In this document: positions 1 through 14,562 of the stretch, in pieces | Layout of the letters: each line of letters opens with the position of its first letter | How positions within the stretch are numbered: position 1 is the stretch's first letter | Assembly: GCA_900088475.1 (NCBI GenBank) | Contig: FLMG01002852.1 | Coordinates: forward strand, 1-40,562 | DNA length: 40,562 nt | Reading direction: 5' to 3' | Source of the DNA: Hyphochytrium catenoides | Taxonomy: Eukaryota; Protista; Hyphochytriomycota | Made by a program: the position numbers and the translations under genes | The notes under the pieces: generated by a model | What the model was told of the DNA's origin: nothing | Database searches by the model: none | What the model saw: only the letters and a program-made list of their open reading frames with translations

Positions 1-54
1 TTTGGCTTCCTCCTCTCTTCTTCTCCTTTCTATCTAGGAACTACTCCTCCCACA

Positions 55-114
55 GCTCTCTCTCTCTCTTCTCTCTCTTTCTCTTTCTCTCTCTCTCTCT
101 CTCTTCTCTCTCCT
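55..114. repeat. (CT)n microsatellite
   Basis: Direct reading of the sequence. Confidence 0.9.
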
Positions 115-2342
115 CGTGTGCCCTTTCTCCACGCAGCTTCGCATCGGTTCGCAGTGCACCTGCTGCCTTGCTTCCCTGCCACTTCTTGCCGCCGCAGCGC
201 CATCATCTGGAGACCAAAGCTCGCACAGAGTTCAACTTGAACTTGTGCCACTTCTGACCAGCAGCAAACACACTCCGAAGCCACTTCAACCTTTACTATT
301 ATCTATACATCTGACTCACCCACGTATCGATGTGGTGGTTAGGGCTCCAAACTTGGAAGATTCCCTTAGCCGTTACCGGCTATTACCCGTATGCACAATC
401 TTACCGTGCAGTATTCGTAAAGAAAACATCCCTTAGCGTTACCAGCTATCAGCGCCAAGAATGAAAGTAGAGGTTGTCAGGGACAGTTCTTCTTCTAACT
501 ATCTTCTTCTTCTGCTGAGTGCGTTCACTCCTTTTTGCTAATAATAAAGGCCTTTATTAGCATAGCACCATGGCGCGACAAGAGTTAACGCTTCCTCCAT
601 CCTGACTACTGCTCGTAGGAAGTGGTCATCAACCTAACGATGGCCGGTCTGAAGTTCGTCATTTGTTAGCGGACGAACTTTCGGTCTTTGGCCGCTTTTT
701 AGAGAACTTTAGATTAGACAGAGCGGCCATAACGAGGGCAAATCGGCCGTCATAGGTAAGGCACCTCCTACTACTGATGCCGTGCGATGGTTCGCTTGGG
801 CGGCCTTATTGATGCTGTTTTCCTTCTTTATGGTTGGAATAACAGACGGACTCTAAGGAGCACCTCCTACGTACGGGATAGTAATCGAAGATGGCTACTT
901 TGATCCACTGCGGTTTATTATAAGCTCAACGTTGTTTGAGGGGCCATGCACGGCAGTTCGAGTGCGCATTGTTGACTTTTGAACATCTCTTCACTCGTCC
1001 ACTAGATAATAGTAGTATCATTATTATTTGTCCTCCTTTCTGTCGTCCTCGCCACTGATATGATGGTGAAAGAAAGAGAGATAGGCTAGGAGGTGCTCGC
1101 TGTGTGTGTGGGTGTGAAACCTGATAATAAGACACCTCAACTCATGAAGCATGATAGTAATCTTCTTCTAGCGCTGGCGTTAGCTACTTTAATTGGCGGC
1201 ATTTCAAAAAATCGCCTTGTTCTTCTTGAACCTTCCATGGTAGTCTGGCGACGAATAACTAACAGAAGAATGTTACGAGCGATCTCCTACTATAGAGAGT
1301 CGGTCATCTTCAATTGACGCTTTGCTCTTCTCCACGTCAGACGACAATGCCTCGTCGACTCCCTCCTCGCTCGTGGTGTTTGACGACACCATCGTCATCA
1401 ACAACAAACCAACCACTGGGCCTTCCTTCATAGCACTCATCTGAGTAACGACCTCCAGACTCCCGCTGCCTGAGAAGATCCGTGAGCACCTCAATAGAGC
1501 AATGCTGCTTGCGTAGTATGCAAAGTCCAGTACGGCTGAGAAGGCTGGCAATTATTATGGAGAGGATGATGCCTACTAGAGGACGGCGGTGCTCTGCGGA
1601 AAGGTGATGGGAGCTTTGGTTGGGCGTGGAGGAGGAGCAACCGACCAGAAGAATGACTGCTTTGCTCTCAAAAACGAAAAGATAGAGCAGCACTCGTCAT
1701 GATAAACGCCCCATTCCTTTCGTAACCATATTACTGGAAATCTCGGATTAGTAACATAGGTAATAAATCAGGTGATCAATGCAGTAGCGACTAAATGAGG
1801 TTTGCCTTATAGTATATACATTGCACTTTGCATCTCTTCTTGGCAGGGAGTGCCTCCTGGTCTCCTGTAGACGGTAGAGGTTCTTCTCGCCACTAATCAG
1901 TTTGGAGGTTAGGCCACGAGGGGATGTGTCCCCGGTGAGCGGCGCTTCCAAGCGTTTGTAACTCCACTCCATCGAAAAAACGATAATCTTCAGAGTTAAG
2001 ATGTGTCTCTTCGAAGCGCGGCAGCAATAATCTGTAATAAGAGGAGGACCAGGAGTAAAGCTCTGTCTGACACCGCGATATGTAGAGAGCTAGCTCCTCG
2101 TGACAATGTTGGTCGGTCATCAGCCAGTTTGACAGCATCAACGAGACGGAACAGGGCTTGGGGGATATGCCAATAAGGGGCAGTGGACACGGACCTGTAA
2201 GACATGAGCTAAGACATCACACGCGCGGTCATTGATTGGCAGGCCAGGTATTGACAGCGGACGGGGGACCCGCCAGACATATCAGAGGGCCCGACAAAGA
2301 GCTGAGGACTTGCTGCAGTGCATTGGCCAAGAAATTAGGAAG

Positions 2343-2813
2343 ATGGCCGCTCGCAGCGCTGCCGACAAGGTGGATGGCGTTGTCTTTCAGGTCGCTGTTG
2401 GAGGGATCTCCATCCCGGCGAAGGCTCAGCGAGACCAGATCCAAGGCTCTCTATGGGCCCAAGTCTTTCTGGTCAACGACAGTGGAGAGGAGTTGACTCA
2501 CATATGGTAGGGCCTTGCATTATCGAGAAACAGCAAATGAAGGGTGGGTCCTGACTCCTTTGAGCTGCGCAGGTATTCAAAGACAGCTCCGGAAGAGAAG
2601 GAACGGACTGTCACCAAGATAATAGACCCACCTATCGTAAGTTCAGCAATATCCACGTGAAGGCTTGAGTCTCTCCTTATCGTGGCTTTCCTTTCGGTCT
2701 GTGCTTCTCCTCTCTACCCTATCTTCCTCCTCAAGCCTCCGTTGATATAAGCATCTGACTATCCCCGCCCGCCTCTCTCTTTTGGACTCTTTCTCTCTTC
2801 TCTTCTCTGTCTC

Positions 2814-2845
<32 letters not shown>

Positions 2846-5407
2846 CCTTCGTCTCACTCTTTGTGTGTGTCTCCCTTCCCTCCGTCTCCCTATGTCCCTC
2901 ACCCAAGAGAGGCATCGAAGCTGCCAACTTCAGCTACCAACAAGCGTCTAAGTCTATCACACCTTCCCTGTCCTCCTTCGCGGAACTTTTGACGGCGACC
3001 ATCCACGTTGTAGTCTATGAAGGAGAGAGCAGAGAACCGTCTCACAGCCGCCGTCTAGGTCTTGTAGAAGTTCCTCTAGCAAAAGCCTTGGTGGGAGACG
3101 GGATAGACGACTTCCTTGACTTTACCAGCGGTACGAACAGCTTCATTTTACCTTCTATCAATTCTACCCGCCATCTCTCTTCTCCAAGGTCCTGTACCTT
3201 CTTTCTTTTTTTCTGATATATCTCCTGCATCTGCGCTGCTTACCGTCGAGAAGGAACGTCCGAACTTGTCCCCTTGGGTCACGCATTTCCTTTTCTAAGC
3301 ATAACTGTCGGTCTCTTCTCGCTTCCCTTAAGCAAACAATTGTTGTGCTTCTTTTTTGCTGACCATCCTGCCTTCCTTCGCTTCTCTTGTTCTTGTTGCT
3401 CGTCCTATTTCCTGACGCCGTTTATCATGAACCATGAAGGGCTCCTAGTAGAGTCAGCGAAGGACGGAGTGAATAGAGCAGAAACGTCTTCTGCCACACT
3501 TGGAAAGGANNNNNNNNNNNNNNNNNNNNNNNNNNNNNNNNNNNNNNNNNNNNNNNNNNGTTGAAGCTGAAGTCGGTACCTGATTCTTGGACTCCCCCAC
3601 AGGAAGAAGGTGCTAGACTACGGAATCGATGAACCAGCTTTTTTACTTCTCTCTCTCACTCTCCCTCTTTGTTTCTTTCTTTCTCTCTTTCTCTCCCTCT
3701 CTCTTTTCACCTGTCCTTTTCGATTCTCTCTTTGAGGCTCTCACGTTGCTATCATTTCTCTCTCTCTCTCTAAGCCTAGTACTCTATATCAGGCGCAGCT
3801 ATCTCTTTGTTAACTTACTTTGTTAGTTTCCCTTCTCGAATGTCTCTCTCTGTCCTTTGAAGATGTACGGCGGGGTGTTGCTCTTGCGTGGTCCTTCTCC
3901 TTTACTTTTGAACGGACGGGCCTTCCTGCCTGGCTAATGGTTGACATCCATCTCCTCTATCCTTAGATGAGTCGCAGATTCGTCCTCTATACTCCGCTCT
4001 GGTGTACTTTCCACTCTACGAGGATCAACCCAAGCAGCTGTTGAACTGCAGAGTCACATCAGAGACCATTACGCCTGCCACTCCCTCTCCTGCGGAGGGA
4101 GAGACAGGAGGGGCAGTAGTAGACCCTCCTCTCGCCCCTTCCCTTTTGTGGAGTCTACGCTTTGACGGAGCATGCACTATGCTTTATGACAAGGTAGGCA
4201 AGTGGTCAGGGAAAAGCAATCACGGCTCTCATGTAGCTCTTGGTACTTTGTAAGATCTTCTCGCGCTTTTAATTGTCTCCTAGTGGCTTGCGTAGCGCGC
4301 TTTGCGCTTCACTCTTCCTATACGCAGGCTCACCTGTCGCTCACTGCTTATCCTCTCTCCGTGACTCTTCTCTGTTCACTGTCAGGAGAAAAAAGAGCAA
4401 CTGAAGGCGCTAATGGCAAAATCAGGGAGCTTGAAGTGCGTTATTGAGCGTGTCGCCCCGCCCTCTAGTCCTCCTGAGAAAGAGAAAGGTCCAGCTAAAG
4501 GTGTAGCACCAGCAAAAAAAGGAGGAAGCATCTCAGCTGCGGAACAGGTATCCAGCCAAGCTTGCTCTTCATCTATATCCTGACTTGTGACCTAATCCTT
4601 TCACAGCATATCTACACTGCCACCTTCTTCTTAGCTGAACGTCTGTCCTTCTACAGATTCATTTACGTTAGCCAGTACATTGTCCTTACAAAACTCCCGC
4701 TCCGTTAACTCTGTTCCTCTGTTGTCGTACGTCGTTTGGCATCCTAAGAAACCTCCACTGGATGTGTGGCGCCTGGAAGTTGAATTTCCGCTCAATGATC
4801 TCGCCGCGCCAGGGGAACGTTCTGTTGCTCCTTCAACAAGCTCTATTGCACTTGCCTCTCCCCTAACTCTTGAAGATGTAAAGAAGAGGGAGGAGGCGGT
4901 TGAAAGCAATGACAAAGAATCACAGCTAGTCCAGCTTCTACTTCAGGCTGCAGGACAGGTCCAATCTACTGATTCTGCGAACCCTTCCCCTCCCTCTCAA
5001 GCTACTGAGCAGCTGGCGATACTGAAAGCTAAAGGTACGATCCTGATCTTTTGACCTTTCTCTTTCTGATCCCTTTCTCTTCTTCGCCTGTTGTCCCATA
5101 AGCTACCTGGCAGCACAGTAAATTTTTTTAGGGCCTAATGGTGGTACATCATTTTCTAGGCACGGAGGCCTTCTGCCGCATCCGCACTCCCCTTCCTCTC
5201 TCTCTCCCGCCGCCGCCGCCGCCACCCCCAACTCATAAGGTCACGGACTTTCTTCCGTCACGACCTCCTCTTCCTCCATTTCCCTCTCGGGATGCTTGTG
5301 TGGAGTTCAGAGGAGAGGTGTGCAATATTATCAAAACGATCGTCGCAGAGTATGAAGTCTGCGCCAAGGAGACTAATGTAAGAGACATCAACAGCAGAAA
5401 GAAAGAC

Positions 5408-5444
<37 letters not shown>

Positions 5445-8400
5445 AAAAGAAGTACAAGTAGAGAGAGAAGAGACAGTCAGGAGTGATAAAGTTCTATCTC
5501 CCCCTTGCGATATTGCAAATACTGCTATTCCTTCTACCCAAAGTTATGGGTCTTATGCACTCTTCTGTCACGCCAACCACCTCTAACTCTGCCACAGGGG
5601 GATGTGCGACCGAAGTTCTTCTATAAGCTGAACAGCCAACGCATCTATCATGCCTTCAAGGAAAAGCTGAAAGGATACATCGTCAGGTGGAAGGAATTCC
5701 TCTCCTGTTTGTCTACTTCTTTGGTAACCCTCTTTGGGTGCCTCCTTCACCTCCCATTCCTTATGGCTCCAGCTATATATGGGTCTGCTCTGTACCTTCT
5801 CCTTCTTATTCGGATGCTGCACAGAATTGTAAAGGAGCGATATCCTGAACGGCCCGCACCAGAAGCGGAGGAAAGCTTCTACAGCGAGCTATACGCTTAT
5901 CTAATGCAGGAAGTGAGTCCATGGCCCACAATGTCTCTCTCACTCTGTACAACTACTCTGTCGCTCAGTCGGTGCCCTTGAACGCTTTAGTCGGTTTGGC
6001 GAGTGCTGTTAACTTCGTCCTTGACCCTTTACAAGTCTTACTCCTCGGCTGCCTCGATTTAAGTCTTTCAGCTGCTATTCCGTGATATCCTCTTCGCCTT
6101 CCTTGGTACCCCGCGCCGTGGCCCTTATGCTGTCGTTCCTACTCTAATGGTTCATCCGCCTAACACAATGGACTCATTCGTATGTGTTGACTCTGCTCTT
6201 GCGACCATCTCTAGGTTAATAAAGCCCTAAATGAGACTTTGCATCTCTCGGAGCCCACTATTCCGCAACCAGCCCTGCATGCTTTCACGGCAGAGGAGGA
6301 ATCCAAATCTAATCCTCTGTCAAAGACCAAAGCTCTGGCGGAAGAAGCAGAGGTTTGTTTCTTGTCCCTCCTTGTGTGCCTCGCTGTACGCAGCTGTGCT
6401 CCTCAAGGAGGCCACTACCTCCCCTGAGATCTTTCTTGATTGACTTCTGCTAGCGCTTTTGCCCATTGCTTGTCGTTAAAAATTCAAGGTCCTGAGTTAC
6501 CGTCGCACGTCCATCGTGCGCATTTCTCTCTCTTTTCGGTTACTTGTCAGGCCAATGAGGACTGGGAGAAGGCCAAGAAGCTCTATCTGGATTGCATTGC
6601 TTTGGCAGAAGAGGAGGCTCCTAAGAAAGGAGCCTGGAACCCTAAAGTGTGGTTCGATTATGGTGGGAGAAGGATAAAGCCCGCTATCTTTCTCTCTCTC
6701 TCTGACTCTTTGCTTTTGCCCCGCTGTCTTTCCCAGTCCCTCATAATGAGGTCCTTAGTCGCTCTGTATATGTGCATCGGTATCCTCCTGCCTGTGTCCT
6801 TCCTGACTTTGAGGTTTCTCTTGACGTCTCGTTCTATGTCAATCTCAATTGCTATTCGAGACTATTGGAGAATGGAAATAGCCTCTAGAAGAGCCCCTGG
6901 TCTGAACCTTTCAAGTGCCATACCCTACCTCGACTTGACCTACTGCTCTCTTTGTACTTTGGCTGTCTTTCTAGGTCTCTTCAGCTTGCGGCAGGCTGAC
7001 GTAACCAATGCGGTGAAGAGCCTCCGGGAATGCCTAACAATAGACTCGGAGCATCTAGGGGCACTTCTAACTTATGGAGCTCTTCTTCTTGAACAGCGCG
7101 AGTTGGCAATGGCTGAGGTAAACAGTAAACTCGTGCGTAATGACTATTTTTACTTTTTGCCGGACTAACCCTTCTTGCTTTACCTGGAAGGTGGTGATCA
7201 AAAGCGCTGTAGAAGTTAGTGAGAAAAGCAGACTAGACGAGGCTCCCCTGTCTCACTCGCTTCTAGCATTGTATTTTCGCTTATCGGGCACAGATCCTAG
7301 AGGAAGGCTCTGCCAAGCGGAGATCACATCTGCTACCAATAGCTGGAAGTCAAGAGAACAGGGTGAAGGGGACGAAAAAAGTGGCATCAGCAAGGCAGCA
7401 GTCTGTTATGATCTTGCTGCGTTTCTTTGTGAGCGGAAACTGCATGCACTGGCTGCTGCTGCTCTGGATATGGCAGACGGCGTTGTAACTCAAGAAGACA
7501 AGAAAACATTGAGAAGCAGACAGGTGAGGCAATACCTCTGAGCATTTTCTGCCTTTTTTTTCCTTTGACTTTTCCGTCTTCATCTTGTCTTGCCTTGGGT
7601 CTGGCCAACCTCCATCCGCCTTTGGCCCTGTACTGCTTCGCTGGCCTCTTAGTCTTCTATTTACGGCTTCGCCTCCTTTCCTATCTTGCTAATTCCAGCT
7701 CTTTCTTCCCCCTACAATGCAGTCCGCCTTCTTTTTACCTCTGAATTGACCGCTACAGCCTTTGTAAGCTTAGCTTTCTCACCCTTGGTGTTATCTTGGA
7801 ACAACAGCGACTTTTGAAGGCGCAGGTCCTAGCTTTGTCTAAGGACTTCCAAGGTGCCAAAATAATGCTGCAAGCCGCTGTCGAGCAGGATCCTTCTTCT
7901 CCTGAACTATGGGACGAGCTTGGACACGTGCAGGAGGCTCTGGGAGACAATAATGGAGCAAGGGAGAGCTACACGCGCGTCCTTTCCCTACTAGAGTCGA
8001 AAGAGGAGAGTAAAGAAGGTCGAGCAGGAGGGGAAGGGCAAAGTGGCCCACAGAATGGGATCAGAATTCCCTTAAAGCTTTTTCTACGGCTAGGTCACCT
8101 CTATCTCCAGTCATCTCAGCCTGCTGTTGCCAGAGAGATACTCCTCCGTGGTTGTTCTCTCTTCTCCCCGCTCTCTCCTTCCCTCTGGCTGCTCATTGGG
8201 GTCTCCTCGATTCGCCTTGAGCACTGGCAGGACGCAGAGGACGCGCTGTCTGAGGCCAACATGCTGGACAACACTAACGCCGATGTCTGGGGATATCTGG
8301 CACTTTTATGCCTCAGTGGTAAGCTTCCTATACTCCTTCACTTATCTTCAGTCCAACGTCCTTCCGTCAGTCATCGGTCCACACGTGCTTTCGGTCTCGG

Positions 8401-9281
8401 CTTGCTAGCGACAGATGCACGTTGTCTGCAGCACTTGTTGGTCTCCTCCTGACTTCAACATTCAGTTCCGGATACCACTATTCAGCCTAAACAAACTAAT
8501 CTTTCGCTTCAACAGTTTCTCCGCCTAGAACCGTGGAAGCAAATCAAGCCCTAGACCAGGCACTGAGGCTGGGAATGATGGTAAGTGATCCAATTTCCCG
8601 GGCTGAATTTGGCAAGGTTTCATCGTCTGATCCTCTTTGTGCTGCGGTCACCCAGAATGCAACGCTTCTACGTGAGCTTGGCACTCTCTACATGTCGCTA
8701 GATAGACTGGAGGTGGCCGAAGGACTGTTGAGGAGATCCCTAGGAGCGCATGAGTCTTCTCTTACTAGAAAGAGACTAGCTGATGTCTTGCAGGTATGAC
8801 TTTGAGACAGAGAGGCGGAGCTCGAAGAAGATGAGAGAATTCAGAGAAGTCTAGGACTTAGCCCGACATAAGAGGAATAGATTAAAGAAGTTGAGAGATC
8901 CAGATGTTTAGGAGCAGGCAGTCATTTTCCTTGTAAAGAGTCGAGAAGACGAGTCCGCAAGAGGTTGCCTAACAGGTCTTGTGTCTGTCGTCCCTTTCCC
9001 AAATGTCTATGTCTTCCTAACTTCAGGCCCAGAACTGTGCGGAGTCTGCTCTCGCTGAGTATCAAGCTCTTCTTAACACTTGCGACAATATCCAGGAGCG
9101 TTGTGAGGCGTTAGAGCAATGCGCCAAGCTATTGACGACGTTAGAGAGAAAGGAGGAAGCCTTATCCTACCGACAGATGGCTCAAAAGCAGGCCGAGCTG
9201 CTTCAGATGGGAGAACGCTCGGGAGAAGTTGAGAAGAGAGAAGGGGAGGTAGTGCAGACACCGCCACAGATGGTGGCTTAG
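2343..9281 (+). CDS. CFAP70: Multi-exon CFAP70-like cilia/flagella-associated protein (N-terminal C2-like region, C-terminal TPR repeats)
   Basis: GT-AG exons join in frame from ATG 2343 (MAARSAADKV...THIW|YSKTAPE...DPPI|RGIEAANFSY...LGLVEVPLAKALVG). The central motif FFYKLNSQRIYHAFKEKLKGYIVR|IVKERY...FYSELYAYL is CFAP70-like. TPR region includes LWLLIGVSSIRLEHWQDAEDALSEANMLDNTNADVWGYLALLCL. Last exon 9027-9281 ends in TAG. An N gap at 3510-3559 lies within the gene. Confidence 0.78.
2773..2890. repeat. Intronic CT-rich microsatellite
   Basis: Lies in CFAP70 intron 2. Confidence 0.85.
3510..3559. other. Assembly gap (50 N)
   Basis: Run of N. Confidence 1.
5400..5472. repeat. Intronic (GA)n microsatellite
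   Basis: Lies in a CFAP70 intron. Confidence 0.85.
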
Positions 9282-10439
9282 CCTCCACGATGCGTGAAGG
9301 GATAAGAAAGAAAGCCGAACGAAGACAAAGAACCGACAACAATAACCGTCCTTTGATTTATAATGCCAAGCACGATTGCAAAACTACAACGGCTTCCGTT
9401 GGACCTGAAGCTATCGGATCGAGCAGATACTCACAGTCTATATACATCGATTTTCATGGGGGGCTCTGCATCCTGGCAAAGAGTCTAACACCAGCCGCGA
9501 TACGAGGGTTAAGCAAACACGCTAAAGACACATAGAGAACGAACGAGGCCTCCACAGACAGTCCATAACAGCGCTTGGTGTTAGCAGTTAGACGCAGCCT
9601 CCGATCATCCAAGAAGGGCTAACTTGGTGAAGGCAGAAAGAGAAGATGGCGGCATTTGATGGGGCATCTTGTTCGCTGCATTGCCAGTGAATATCCTCCC
9701 AACGTGTAGCTACCAGCCCTACGGGTCGCCTGTGAGGATGGAAAGAGCTTGCCCTGAAGTCTTCAGCCAGCCTCTTTATAAGATGTCAATAACAGAGATT
9801 GCAGATTTTCACAGATGAATTTTCACTGTTGTTTGCCGCCTGAGCGACCTAGGATAGCCGCAATATGTATTGACTCGCTATTTTCGACTAATACAATACA
9901 TATTGCTATATCTGTCATACCTGTTGTGATGTATCGTGAACCTCATATTGCCCTATATTGTCGACACCTTCAAGACATGTGCGCTCAGATCTGACATTGC
10001 ATCTCATCAACATCTTTCTGCGACGCCACTGAGCCCGGGGTCAGATGACTTCTCCTGAGTCCAGGCTTACCGACCTGGCCAGATAACCTTTAGTTCTTAG
10101 AAGGCCTGACTTGTCGTCTTGCGAATCCCTATCGCAGTCTTCAGTTACTTTCGGGGCCGGCGGGGGGGTCGGAGATACGGCGCCAGTCAAGGAACTGTGG
10201 CCTTGTCGATCGCTCCCTGGGCTTTACTTATGTTGCACTGCCACTGCCGGTTGTGGTCCTTCATAACTTTGGCTGGTAGAAGAGATTAAGTCTCCTGCTG
10301 GGCAGGTGCACCGCTCACGATGTTCCGGGGACTCTCTCTGCGTCTTTCCTTTGCCTTACTTCCCCTGGTCACGTACAGTCCGCAGTAGTGGATCCGCTCT
10401 CACATCCAATCTAAGCGTGGAGACGCTTACAAAGCATCT

Positions 10440-11873
<1,434 letters not shown>

Positions 11874-12608
11874 TAAGAGGTGAAGATTGGTCCCAAGAGC
11901 TCTAGCCGGCCTAAAGAGAACTCTGTTAGTAGGAAAGCAGCTAGCTAAATATTCTCCTTGATGGCAAAGAGCTCGCAACGCTCCCAGAGCCCAGGTGTTC
12001 CCATTGCCCCAGCTTCTGTTACACCTGTATAGAGAAGTCTTTCAAAGCCGTACTGCATTGCCACCTAGGTTACAATACACGGCTTTCTCAAGCCCAATGC
12101 AGCTTGCTTCCGCTGTCGCATGTGCCTTTTGCCTGCATGGGCACCATTCTTCTTCTTGCCGCTCTGCTAGCCTCGGCAACTGAATGAGACCGCGCGATGC
12201 GTTGACACCTTGCCCGTTCACACGCGGTCTCCCAATACTCCCAAAACCAAAAATCAAGTAATCACAGCCAATCTCTATTCAATAACCAGTTTTACTGATT
12301 CTGGTGCTGATCTCTATGGTTGCGAACCAATCAAAGGGCAAAGGAGCTTTGGGCGTTATGTTGGGAAGAAGCAGCAGCATCAGGAGCAGCGATGAAGAGC
12401 CATGCGGAAGGCGTTCTGATGGGAGCTTCTGAAGCAAGGCGCAAGCAAGCTTCAGAACCGCAGCTTCCTGACCTTCTACTGCAGAGGACGGGTTGGCCAG
12501 GGTCTCAACTGTGGGAGACTCTTCTCCTTATTGCCGACCGCTCACGGGGGTTTGCTTGGTCTAAAAGAAGCGTGGCTCGTGTGAGAGCACAGTGATATTT
12601 AAAGGACC

Positions 12609-14521
12609 ATGGCAGCAGGAGTGAAGTTTGATGTGGCGATGAAGCTGCCTCAGCTTCAGAATCTGATCAAGAGAGACCCGGATGGCTATCGAGATGACTT
12701 TCAGCTGCAGTACAGGTGAGGACGGCATGACCGCAGGTATTGTCTAGTCTTTGCTAACATCTTTGGGCGGGCAGACACTACCAGAGCGAGCTCAAAATAT
12801 TCCAGCTCCAACCCGGCAAGGAATCGGAAAGTTTCGGTGGCATGGTGACATTTCTCAGTCATGTGGCTTCGTGTTACCCGAAAGGTTTGTCTTTTTCATC
12901 CCTGGTCTCTCGTCTGGGTGTTTCTCCTCCTCTGTCGCTGTTCTTTCTTCACCTGGCGAGTATCGCCACTTCTAAAGCACCTTTCCGCTGAAGTATTGTC
13001 GCTTGGGCTGCTCTCCACTTTATAAGCATTGCCGTGTCTCTCATCTTCCGAGACATCCCTTCTTCCCTATCATTTCGTCTGAATTCTATTCGCAATCGTC
13101 GTCCACAGATTTAGAGACGTTTCCGGCCGAGCTGATGCTTCTTTTGGAGCGGAACCACGCTATACTTCAGCCGAAGCTGCGCATGACTCTTGTGCAGGCA
13201 CTCATCCTTATGCGCAATAGAGGTAAGAGACTTGAGGGTACCTAGAATGAGGAAAAGTTTACGTAGAGAAGAGGTATTGGCGGCTTCTGTGGGCATAGTA
13301 AGCTGGGCTGTGCCTCTGCCACGAAATGCAGCGGTCGGACAATATTCTGGAAAAATGGGAAGAGGACAGTCTAATGGGTCGTCACATATAATACGCGGTA
13401 TACTTCCCGCGATGAAGGCAATGAGACTTGCCAACGCCAGTACTTCGCACGACCTAAGGCCGCTTGTCACACAGGGCAAGTCGAGCCAGTTGCCCTCTGC
13501 CAGCTTCTGTTCCTTCTCTTTCGTTGTGAGGACAAGCGGCTTAGAGAGCTTCTCTTCTCTCACATTGTAAATGACGTCAAGAACATCAACAAGGTCAGGC
13601 TAAGAGCTAGGAGGTTGAAGAGAGGAGGTTCTTTATCACTTTGACTCCGTTTGTTTTCTTGCTGCTGCTTTACCAGTTCCTGCCGGCCTCTGGTGCTCCC
13701 AATTCTGCCATGTGGCATGAAGCCTCTTGAAAGAAGTCTCTTTGGCTTGTCTCTGCAGTTCTGCGTCCTCTTCATAATATTTGCTCCCCTTTTTATGTGT
13801 GTCATCTTATAGTGTTGGATGTCCAATATCACAGGGCTCTCGCAACGAGAAGGTCAACAAAAAGCTCCAATCCATGATGTTTACGCTTTTAAATGACGAT
13901 CACGAGGTTGTTAGCAAGAAGGCAATAGACATTGTCGTGGAGCTCTACCATAGAAAGGTAAGATGCAAAGCTAGAAAGAAGATCTCAGCTGCAAGGTGAA
14001 GGCAAGGGTCCTTCAGAAGATAGGAGCAAAAAGAGTTCGCGACAGTTAGACGTCCAGTGGGTAGATGTTTGACGGGAGCAGAGGGAACAGGCGGGAGCGG
14101 AGGGAGGACAAGCAAATTTTTGCGAGGCGAGATTTTGATAGTGAGCCGCGTAAAGGTTCTGCTGGTTTGACTCCCGTTTGTCACTTCCCCAGATCTGGAC
14201 AGATGCGAGAACCGTCAACGTCATCGCTGAAGCGTGTCTTTCGAAGAACTCCAAAGTGATGGTGGCAGGCGTACAGTTCTTCCTCGGAATTGACGAGAAG
14301 CTGGACAAGGAAGATGAGGAAGGGGCGAACCGGGAGAAAGACAAAGTAGAGCCACATATGGTCGCGCACGCTCATTCTAAGAAGACAAGGGCGAGAAACA
14401 GACATGTGGCGAAGATAATAAAAAAGAACAAGAAAGCAATGGCGAAGAAGGAAGGCCGAGTACAGATTATGTTCCCGGCACTTCAGCTGATAAATGATCC
14501 TCAGGTGAAAACCCGGCGCGG

Positions 14522-14562
<41 letters not shown>

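Noticed and set aside
30-284. RE-repeat and SL-repeat ORFs here and at 2643-2927, 5233-5457 and 20601-21198
   Set aside because: Translations of CT/GA microsatellites or N gaps.
652-680. 9-bp inverted repeat aagttcgtc/gacgaactt
   Set aside because: Short enough to arise by chance; no supporting context.
1748-2230. Possible short minus-strand gene divergent from CFAP70
   Set aside because: Splice-like sites are present but there is no convincing start or recognisable homology.
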